A DNA stretch of 64,000 nt from positions 1 to 64,000 of the IMG/VR virus record IMGVR_UViG_3300007067_000087, one strand, 5' to 3'. This DNA comes from a virus (taxonomy: Duplodnaviria > Caudoviricetes). The notes beneath the pieces are model-generated. The model had not been told where the DNA came from and ran no database searches. It saw nothing but the letters and a program-made list of their open reading frames with translations. The translations under genes and the position numbers were made by a program. Below, in pieces: positions 1-7,599 of the stretch. The number at the start of each line of letters is the position of its first letter. Position 1 is the stretch's first letter.

Positions 1-933
1 ATGAACCAAGACGTGATACAGTCCCATTATGCGGGTGCTGATATGGTTCAGTCTCAACCTCCCCGGTTGAGTAGCCTCATCGAAGAGAGCCGCCCGCTCC
101 AACTCTTTATCCAGTCTCTCCCCGCCATGCAATCGGCCTTTGCCCAGATTGGTACACCAAACTTTGCCGCCAATGTTCTGAACGCCTTGCCAAAGATTGC
201 ATTAGGCAAGTGGACAATTGAACAATATAACGGTTACTTGAAAATCCTGTCCGGTGGGGAAGCAGCTTTACTTCCTACAAGCGATTTGCAAGCATGGTAT
301 AGGGGAGTTCTGGCAAGTCTTGAAAGCGGGGTCACTGTCCGTTTAATGCCTGAATTTATCACGACAGCCCTAAAATCCCATTACCGAGTTACCAAGCAGC
401 AAGATGAATATATCATGCGCACAGTCAGCGTTCAAACATTCCCCGGTGGACGTAATGCTGCTTTACGTGGCAACGTCAATAAGGCTCGCAGATTATGCGA
501 AATCGAAGAATACGACCCTGTTCACTTAGAAGACTATAAAAGGATCGTCCGGCTCTGGTATCGTCAAAATGCTACCCTGAAATTTCGTACCTATGATAAA
601 ACCAGCATCGACTGGCTGTTAGAAAATTGGAAAGCCCTCAAAGAACATGTCCCCGATATTATCTGCCTTGGTGTCCGATATGAGGGAAAACTTATTTCCC
701 TTAATATGGGCTGCAAGTTGAGTGATAATTATTGGTGTGCCTATACGCAGCGTTTTGATCGCAATGCCCCTGTCAAGCATGCCAACATGCTCGGGTACAA
801 TGAATTAGCCTCACGGTTTAACAGCATTGAATTTGAAAATGACGGCACGGCAGATACGGCTTCAATACGGGCTTGGAAAGATAGGCTTGTACACGCAAAA
901 ATCCCTTTCTTTAAAATCAGTCCCAAGGTGTGA
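1..933 (+). CDS. DUF2156 / phosphatidylglycerol-lysyltransferase C-terminal-like GNAT-fold protein (may be 5'-truncated by window edge)
   Basis: DEYIMRTVSVQTFPGGRNAALRGNVNKARR resembles the DUF2156 EYIY..eDL..L.G.ky..kRnhin motif; C-terminal NDGTADTASIRAWK-type ending. Confidence 0.55.
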   Translation: MNQDVIQSHYAGADMVQSQPPRLSSLIEESRPLQLFIQSLPAMQSAFAQIGTPNFAANVLNALPKIALGKWTIEQYNGYLKILSGGEAALLPTSDLQAWYRGVLASLESGVTVRLMPEFITTALKSHYRVTKQQDEYIMRTVSVQTFPGGRNAALRGNVNKARRLCEIEEYDPVHLEDYKRIVRLWYRQNATLKFRTYDKTSIDWLLENWKALKEHVPDIICLGVRYEGKLISLNMGCKLSDNYWCAYTQRFDRNAPVKHANMLGYNELASRFNSIEFENDGTADTASIRAWKDRLVHAKIPFFKISPKV

Positions 934-1970
934 GTATGAGCAGCTATGATGTAATTTCCAAGGGGCTGTTACCGTTTCTCGGCGGGATGCGTAAATTTAT
1001 TCCTTTCCTGCTGGATGCCGCGCAAAAAGTCGTTCCTATGGATATGTGGCAAGATTGGAATGTCCATGATATGACTTGTGGCAGTTGCGCCTGTTCAGCC
1101 TGTTTCGGTTTTTATGGTATGAGTGTGAGTGCTAATGATCTGGCCTTACGTTCTTATATTCCGGCTAAGGTTATATTTTCTGGCAAGCCTCTAAAATCCA
1201 ATGTGCTTGAAAAAGTGCTTAAGATGGGTATTTATCGCCCCGACACCATTCCACCGGCACAAGAATTGATGCCGGAATTTTTGCACCCAGAGGCATGTGC
1301 TCTGTTTGACAAGCTTTATTATGCACATTTAAGCGGAGAATTTTCTGGTGATGAAGGAGACTTCCTGAAATATTTGGCGATAAGATGGGTGCTTCTTAAC
1401 AAGACCTATATGTATTTCCTCAAAATTCCCACCACCAATAAGCAACAGCTTGCCTTGCAGGGTGGACAATGGACAAAGCTCGTTGATATTTTGGATAACT
1501 CGTGCAAATATTTGCAAAAAACAGTTGGCGACATCAATACCCTTATTTTTGCGCTTAACTCTGCCCAGATGAAACGTCCTCCCAATATCATGTTGGGGGA
1601 TTGCCGTGAGAACATCAAGCATATTGATTGGAATATTCCGAGTTTTGTTCTGCTTAATCCACCAACAGCGGGCAATTCCGTATTCATGAAATCTAATCGG
1701 GTGCTGGATACACTTATTCACGGGGCAAGCCAACCTTTGGAAGATGGCACAATGCCCGCCGACTTATGGAAATCTCTTGTGCTTGATAGCTGTGCTCATA
1801 TTCCAAGCGGCCATTATGTGTTCAGTTTCGTTGGTGATGGGGCGGTAAGTTGGGAAGAGGGATATGAAACCGTCTTCAAACAAGTTGGCGACATCATCAC
1901 TGAGTGGACATTTTCGTGGCATGGTAATGAGGATAAAAAAGCTGGTCTTATCTTGATGAGGCGATCATGA
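930..1970 (+). CDS. Divergent D12/Dam-class adenine methyltransferase-like protein
   Basis: PFLGGMRKF (cf. PyxGGK), DMTCGSCACS...ANDL (motif I-like), FVLLNPPT (motif IV-like, Tyr replaced by Thr). Confidence 0.6.
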   Translation: MSMSSYDVISKGLLPFLGGMRKFIPFLLDAAQKVVPMDMWQDWNVHDMTCGSCACSACFGFYGMSVSANDLALRSYIPAKVIFSGKPLKSNVLEKVLKMGIYRPDTIPPAQELMPEFLHPEACALFDKLYYAHLSGEFSGDEGDFLKYLAIRWVLLNKTYMYFLKIPTTNKQQLALQGGQWTKLVDILDNSCKYLQKTVGDINTLIFALNSAQMKRPPNIMLGDCRENIKHIDWNIPSFVLLNPPTAGNSVFMKSNRVLDTLIHGASQPLEDGTMPADLWKSLVLDSCAHIPSGHYVFSFVGDGAVSWEEGYETVFKQVGDIITEWTFSWHGNEDKKAGLILMRRS

Positions 1971-2839
1971 AACGACCCGAAGATAAGATCAAGAGACAAA
2001 ATCAGTGGCTACGCCAACTGTGTTCGGTTGAGGAAGCCGCTCTCGGTATGGTCAAGCCTATTGACCTTTCTAATTGTGACCCTGAAATATTAGTTTGTGA
2101 CAAAGGCTTTTCTCGTGCTGTATGCGATTACTGGCGCGTGGTTTTAAGCTCTGAACCTCAATCCCCAAATTTTTCAGGGGCGGGACGATTTATCGCTCTT
2201 CTTGTCCGTGACAAGGTAAGTGGCGGTTTTATGGGTGTTGTAGGCTTATCAGACCCACCGATATATTGGACGCAACTTAACCAGTATTTGAGTTGGCAAG
2301 GGAATAAGCCTTTGCGACAAGCGCATCAGCACCGTGTTTTCATGATGCGCCGTTGTTTGCCACTTTATGAATTTGGACAGATGACAGGTGGTAAATTGTT
2401 GGCCTTGGTTGCCACCAGCCGCGAATTGATTAGATTGCTTGAGCTTCGCTACAGTTATCAATTCTTATTTTTTGGTATCCGCACCCTGCACGGTAAGGGC
2501 AGTCAATATAACCGGCTGCAACAAAGAGGCATTGAACTTATCAATGTTGATGCGAGCAACCACGGTTTCTATGGTATGGAATTACGCAAGAAAGCCCTCT
2601 CTTATTTGCGGGGTGAGGTTGATAATTACGGCAAGACTTCTACCTACACCATCAAAGAGCAGGTTGCCTATTGGCAGGAACGCTGGCTCACCGCTCGTAT
2701 GAAATCTTTAAATGTTGGTTCGCTGATTACACCTGCCCCCGAACAGTACCGATTATCAAATCTTCTTGCCACCAAGAAAATGACCCTTACCCCAACTATG
2801 GAGACTGATGACAATGGCCGTGAAACTGAACAAGAATAA
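1967..2839 (+). CDS. DUF4338 / DruA / Mom-like GNAT-fold protein
   Basis: LLVRDKVSGGFMGVVGLSDP and GGKLLALVATSRE...TLHGKGSQYNRL match DUF4338-type motifs as recalled. Confidence 0.6.
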   Translation: MKRPEDKIKRQNQWLRQLCSVEEAALGMVKPIDLSNCDPEILVCDKGFSRAVCDYWRVVLSSEPQSPNFSGAGRFIALLVRDKVSGGFMGVVGLSDPPIYWTQLNQYLSWQGNKPLRQAHQHRVFMMRRCLPLYEFGQMTGGKLLALVATSRELIRLLELRYSYQFLFFGIRTLHGKGSQYNRLQQRGIELINVDASNHGFYGMELRKKALSYLRGEVDNYGKTSTYTIKEQVAYWQERWLTARMKSLNVGSLITPAPEQYRLSNLLATKKMTLTPTMETDDNGRETEQE

Positions 2840-3749
2840 AGAAACTCCTGCTAAAAAATCTTCAAAAACTACCCCTGCCAACGATGGGTTACAGGTAACG
2901 AATTGGATTGACACGAGTGTCAACGATTCTGATGCAATTGATTTCCGGCTGGTTGACATCGACAAGGTGGAGGGCAACGACTACAACCCGAATGATATGG
3001 AAGCCGAGTTTTTCGAGGCCATTGTCCGCCAAGTACAAGATGAGGGGATGAATCAGCCTATTCTTGTGCGCGAAAATCCTGACAAACAAGGCTTCTATCT
3101 GATTGTTGACGGTGAACATCGCTGGAAGGCATGCAAGATTGCGGGCAAGACCAAGATCGGCGTGATTGTTGTTCCCTTTGATGAGACGCAAGCTAAAATC
3201 CGTACCCTGTCAATGAACAATCTACGCGGCCAGAATATCCCGATCAAACTGGCAAGGCTGCTGGTTGATATTCACAAAACCTATTCGCCGCAAGAAATCC
3301 GCGCCATGACCGGTATTGGTGAGGAAGAACAAACGTCTGTCTTGAAATTGTTGGAAGTGCCAACCTTTAACCCCAGTGATGGCATCAAAATTTCAACCAC
3401 CGATGTTGAACGGCCAATTTCTGTCAATATCATGCTGATGCCCGATGAAAACACTGCTTATACAACGGCCATGAAAAAAGCCATGAAGCTGATGGGGGAT
3501 GATGTGGTTGCCCTGATCGGTCACGAGGTCGGTGATTATGACAAAGCAATGAAAGCTGCGATGGGGATTGCTGGAGCAAAACTAAGAAATGTTGCCATGG
3601 CGGTTATTTGTGAGACATTTAATAACCTCTCCCCTGATCATAAAGAGCAGATTGCCAAGGCGGCTTACGCCAAAATCTATGACAAATTGGCACAGGATGC
3701 GGAAGTGAAAGAAGAGAAGAAACTGAAATCAGACAAAAAGGGTGCGTAA
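2808..3749 (+). CDS. ParB/Srx N-terminal domain protein
   Basis: NDYNPNDM, PILVRE, LIVDGEHRWKA, TLSMNNLRG are ParB-like motifs; directly upstream of terminase. Confidence 0.85.
   Translation: MTMAVKLNKNKETPAKKSSKTTPANDGLQVTNWIDTSVNDSDAIDFRLVDIDKVEGNDYNPNDMEAEFFEAIVRQVQDEGMNQPILVRENPDKQGFYLIVDGEHRWKACKIAGKTKIGVIVVPFDETQAKIRTLSMNNLRGQNIPIKLARLLVDIHKTYSPQEIRAMTGIGEEEQTSVLKLLEVPTFNPSDGIKISTTDVERPISVNIMLMPDENTAYTTAMKKAMKLMGDDVVALIGHEVGDYDKAMKAAMGIAGAKLRNVAMAVICETFNNLSPDHKEQIAKAAYAKIYDKLAQDAEVKEEKKLKSDKKGA
2933..2946. promoter_or_regulatory. Palindrome variant (inside parB)
   Basis: TGCAATTGATTTCC. Confidence 0.4.
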
Positions 3750-4396
3750 TGACTAATCGGCCAAGGATGCCGCTTAAACCCGGGCGGGTCAATCTTCGTA
3801 AAATCCGTAAAAAACTACCCAAGGATGAGCGCGATGATTTTCCTAAATCTGTTGCTGTACCGATTGACCCCACCTATCCGCGTGAGGGAGGCAACGGCAA
3901 TCAAGCCATGCACGATGAGCAGCAGGTTGCCCGTGTTGAATTGCTGATGCTGAAAGGTATCCGTACACCGCATCAATTGATGACGCTGCTTGATATTACC
4001 AGCCCAAATTTGATAGCAACCTATATCCGCCGTGTGCATGCAAGGTGGGAGATTGGCGGCTCAACCCGTGAATTTACCCGCCATCGCGGCGAAGCATTAA
4101 CAAGATTGGATTTGCTGGAAAGTGAAATGTGGTCAAAATTGAGCAATCTGGATGAAAAGGTCAGCCCGCAAATCACCCTCAATTACCTCAATGCGATTTT
4201 AAACGTGCAAACACGCCGCAATGATATTCTGGGGCTGACGGCTAAAGTTATCCAGCATATCGGTCTAACCACTAATGACCCAGAATTAGCCAAGAGGGCA
4301 GGAGACCATGAAGTCTTGACCAAGGTCGTCTCGCGCCTGTTTGAGCGGATTGAAAACCGTGCCAAGGTAATTGAGCATGAATCCTCAAGCACCTAA
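3749..4396 (+). CDS. Putative terminase small subunit
   Basis: Position immediately before TerL, helical, HTH-like segment GIRTPHQLMTLLDIT. Confidence 0.5.
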   Translation: MTNRPRMPLKPGRVNLRKIRKKLPKDERDDFPKSVAVPIDPTYPREGGNGNQAMHDEQQVARVELLMLKGIRTPHQLMTLLDITSPNLIATYIRRVHARWEIGGSTREFTRHRGEALTRLDLLESEMWSKLSNLDEKVSPQITLNYLNAILNVQTRRNDILGLTAKVIQHIGLTTNDPELAKRAGDHEVLTKVVSRLFERIENRAKVIEHESSST

Positions 4397-6329
4397 ACGG
4401 AAATATCGGCGTGTTGTCAAACGTAAACCCGAGCCAGAACCTCAAACCCGCACTGTCTTGACAACACATGATTTTGACCAGATTGCCGATGAGATTTTGA
4501 CAGAAATTGCCGCTGATTACCCAGAAGAAATTGATCTGGTTATGTCCTTTATCAAACAGGCGGCACATGATCCCGAAGCTATTAAAAATGTTTTGAAATA
4601 TAAGCACAAACCGGTTTCCCCTCGTGAATTTGTTGAGGGTAAAGCCTACATGGACAAGAAAGGCGTATTATGGCCCTCTGTCATGGATGCGCTGATCGAG
4701 ATTAATAATGGTAGCTATATTGAAGCCGTCTTGACCGGTGGTATCGGGGTGGCAAAAACCACCATTGCCCTCTATTCTCAAGCCTACCAGCTTTATCTGA
4801 TTTCCTGTTTACGTGACCCACATACCGAATTTGGTCTTGATCCATCATCAGAAATTGAAATTGTTTTCCAGTCCTTGAATGAAAGTTTGGCAAAGGGCAT
4901 TGATTATGAACGTTTTCGCGGGATGATTGAGTCTGCGCCTTATTTTCAGGCACATTTTCCGTTCGACAACTCTGTTTTGTCTTCTATGCGCTTTCCCAAC
5001 AAGGTTATTGTCAAACCGGTATCAGGCATGTCAACTGCAACCATTGGCGCAAATGTCATTGGTGGGGTGATTGATGAAATCAACTATATGGCCGTTACCG
5101 AAAACTCCAAGATGAATAGGGATGGCGGTACCTATGATCAAGCCATTGCCAATTATAATTCAATAGCAAGACGGCGGGAAAGTCGCTTTATGCAATTAGG
5201 GACATTACCGGGGATGTTATGCCTTGTTTCTTCGCGCAATTACCCGGGACAATTTACAGATACCAAGGAAGTAGAGGCCAGAACCAATCCGCGCATTTAT
5301 GTCTATGACAAATGTTTGTGGGAGTTACAGCCCGATAGGTTTTGTGGGGAGATATTTACGGTCTTTACCGGTGATGAAACCAGAAAACCGCGTCTATTGC
5401 GTGAAGATGAAACTGTTGCCCCACAAGATGAACAACTGATTAAATCTATACCGATTGAATATCGTCCGACATTTGAGAGTGACTTACTCAATGCGCTGCG
5501 AGAGATTGCCGGTGTTTCCACCCATGCTCTGCATCCCTTTATGGTTAATACCGAGGCTGTCGCCGCAGCTTTTGGCAAGACCCGCTCTATCCTGTCGCGT
5601 GAGGATTGCGACTTCGTGAATAGCCGTGTGCAGATTTATCCCAACTTCATCAGCCACAAGCAAGAGCCGCGTCATGTCCATATTGACTTGGCCTATGCTA
5701 AAGACAGTGCTGGTATTGCCGTTGGTCATGTATTCAAATTCATCGAGGTTAACCGTGGCGACCATGTAGAGACATTGCCCCTTATCCAGCTTGATTGCAT
5801 CTTGGAAGTGCAAGTGCCACCGGGTGGGGAAATTGACTTTTCCAATATTCGCCGTCTGCTCTATGCCTTGCGGGATAAAGCGCATCTACCGATTAAATGG
5901 GTAAGCTTTGACGGGTTTCAAAGTCGTGACTCAATGCAGATCTTGTACCAGCAAGGTTTCTCTGTCGGTTATCAATCAATGGATACAGACACCGAAGCCT
6001 ATGACATTACCAAACAGGCCATTTATGACGGTAGATTGCTCGCCCCTGAACATGCTAAAGCGCAACATGAGATGGTAACATTGGAAATTGATGTCAAACG
6101 CAAGAAAATTGACCACCCACCCCACTCATCCAAGGATGTTTCAGATGCTATCGCTGGTGCGGTGCGTGGCTTGACGGTGCGGCGTGAAATCTGGGCAAGG
6201 CATGGTGTTTCCCCGCACAGGATACCGGTCAATCTGCGGCAAGCGGCAGAACCAAAGAGCGCAACCCGTGTTCAAGAATATAATGATACGGAAATAGAAC
6301 TCGGCCATGACTGGCTGCAAACCGCGTAA
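4377..6329 (+). CDS. terL: Terminase large subunit
   Basis: Walker A-like TGGIGVAKTT, Walker B GGVIDEIN, RNase H-like HIDLAYAKD and DVSDAIAG. Confidence 0.85.
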   Translation: MNPQAPKRKYRRVVKRKPEPEPQTRTVLTTHDFDQIADEILTEIAADYPEEIDLVMSFIKQAAHDPEAIKNVLKYKHKPVSPREFVEGKAYMDKKGVLWPSVMDALIEINNGSYIEAVLTGGIGVAKTTIALYSQAYQLYLISCLRDPHTEFGLDPSSEIEIVFQSLNESLAKGIDYERFRGMIESAPYFQAHFPFDNSVLSSMRFPNKVIVKPVSGMSTATIGANVIGGVIDEINYMAVTENSKMNRDGGTYDQAIANYNSIARRRESRFMQLGTLPGMLCLVSSRNYPGQFTDTKEVEARTNPRIYVYDKCLWELQPDRFCGEIFTVFTGDETRKPRLLREDETVAPQDEQLIKSIPIEYRPTFESDLLNALREIAGVSTHALHPFMVNTEAVAAAFGKTRSILSREDCDFVNSRVQIYPNFISHKQEPRHVHIDLAYAKDSAGIAVGHVFKFIEVNRGDHVETLPLIQLDCILEVQVPPGGEIDFSNIRRLLYALRDKAHLPIKWVSFDGFQSRDSMQILYQQGFSVGYQSMDTDTEAYDITKQAIYDGRLLAPEHAKAQHEMVTLEIDVKRKKIDHPPHSSKDVSDAIAGAVRGLTVRREIWARHGVSPHRIPVNLRQAAEPKSATRVQEYNDTEIELGHDWLQTA

Positions 6330-6337
6330 AATTTACA

Positions 6338-6351
6338 TGCAATTGATTGCA
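6338..6351. promoter_or_regulatory. Palindrome site
   Basis: TGCAATTGATTGCA after terL stop. Confidence 0.75.
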
Positions 6352-6444
6352 GATGAATTTTACTTGACATGAAATGTCATCGGCGTAGACTCTTACCATA
6401 ACAATATAAAAGTGGGATTATCCTCACTAAAAGGAGTAAAGACC

Positions 6445-6792
6445 ATGGCAACGGTAAAGGTCACCTCAAAGGGGCAAATTACAATTCCGGCTCATATTCG
6501 TCATGAAATGCGGTTGATTGCAGGTGATAAGCTTGAGCTGGTGTGGATGGATGACGGGAGTTATACTCTTGTGCCGCTAACATATTCTGTTAAAGACTTA
6601 AAGGGAATCGTTCCATCTATTGGTAAACAGGTAACTCTTGAAGATATGCAAGAAGCGATTATTGCCGGATCTTTAGGGCAAGAATTGACCCCGAATGAAT
6701 TTACAGCCGAAATTTTAGAAAAAAGTGACAAGGATGAAGATTTACATTACTTTGATAGTGCCGAAGCAATGTTTAATAATTTGAATATTTAG
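6445..6792 (+). CDS. AbrB/MazE/SpoVT-family antitoxin-like protein with a RelB/DinJ-like tail
   Basis: KVTSKGQITIPAHIR...AGDKL; tail PNEFTAEILE...FDSAEAMFNNL; AGGAG SD before ATG 6445. Confidence 0.8.
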   Translation: MATVKVTSKGQITIPAHIRHEMRLIAGDKLELVWMDDGSYTLVPLTYSVKDLKGIVPSIGKQVTLEDMQEAIIAGSLGQELTPNEFTAEILEKSDKDEDLHYFDSAEAMFNNLNI

Positions 6793-6819
6793 GCTAAAAT
6801 CTGTGGAGGGACGCACGCT

Positions 6820-7011
6820 ATGACTGCAAATCCTATTGTAAAAACAGATGTAGATACAGAACCGGTAGAATCTGTCTTAGACAGAAAACCCTTTATCCCA
6901 AATGCTGTGACCATAGCCGCTATGGAGGAAGCCCGCCAAGGGAATGTACAGAGTTTCGACAGTATAGATGCCTTGATGGATAGCCTGAACTCTGAGGATG
7001 ATGAGCAATGA
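6820..7011 (+). CDS. Short RelB/DinJ-like antitoxin fragment
   Basis: PNAVTIAAMEEARQGNVQSFDSIDALMDSL is a typical DinJ/RelB C-terminus. Confidence 0.6.
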   Translation: MTANPIVKTDVDTEPVESVLDRKPFIPNAVTIAAMEEARQGNVQSFDSIDALMDSLNSEDDEQ

Positions 7012-7203
7012 CAACGACTTTATCCCCCTTAGTTTCAGAGTTTGAAACGGTTGAGCAAGAAGAAAGCTACAATGAGTGGTTACGAGCCAAGGTAGCGGCT
7101 AATCTTGCTGCCCTCGTCCCGCAAGTGTCCCCATGATGAGGTGATGGCAGAAATGGAAGGTCTCATTTCCCAAATGGAAAAGAAATACGCTAAAGCAGGA
7201 TGA
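7008..7203 (+). pseudogene. Frameshifted StbD/RelB-type antitoxin
   Basis: MTTTLSPLVSEFETVEQEESYNEWLRAKVAANLA stops at TGA 7134; HDEVMAEMEGLISQMEKKYAKAG continues in another frame from 7132 to TGA 7203. Confidence 0.75.
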
Positions 7204-7207
7204 AGTC

Positions 7208-7491
7208 GTGTTGCCTAATATCTGGCGTGAGGAGGCTCGTAGTGATTTGCGGCAAATTATCCGATATATTGCCAATGAGAATCCCGCAGCGGTGCGGCGT
7301 GTAAAACAGCGGATAGAGAATGCCGTATTACCCGTCTCAGAGCACCCCTATATGTACCGGATGAGCGAGCGTGTCCCCGGACTTAGGGAGGTTATTGCGC
7401 ACCCCAATTATATTGTATTTTATCGTGTTACAGAAAGAGGGTTGAGGTCGTTAATATCGTCCATGCTCGCAGGGAATTTCCCACGGAATAA
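7208..7491 (+). pseudogene. relE: RelE/ParE toxin, frameshifted near the C-terminus
   Basis: IWREEARSDL...PGLREVIAHPNYIVFYRV; the expected ending VEVVNIVHARREFPTE* lies in a shifted frame from 7441 (GGG run 7439-7441). Confidence 0.75.
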
Positions 7492-7511
7492 AATTTCCCC
7501 CTCTAAAATAT

Positions 7512-7525
7512 TGCAATTGATTTCG
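7512..7525. promoter_or_regulatory. Palindrome variant
   Basis: TGCAATTGATTTCG before PPDK-like gene. Confidence 0.65.
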
Positions 7526-7599
7526 TTTTTGTGTTGTTCATCTACGTCTTTCTGGTAAGATTTAGTGATAATGATTTCACTTAATCCAAGGAGGGATGA

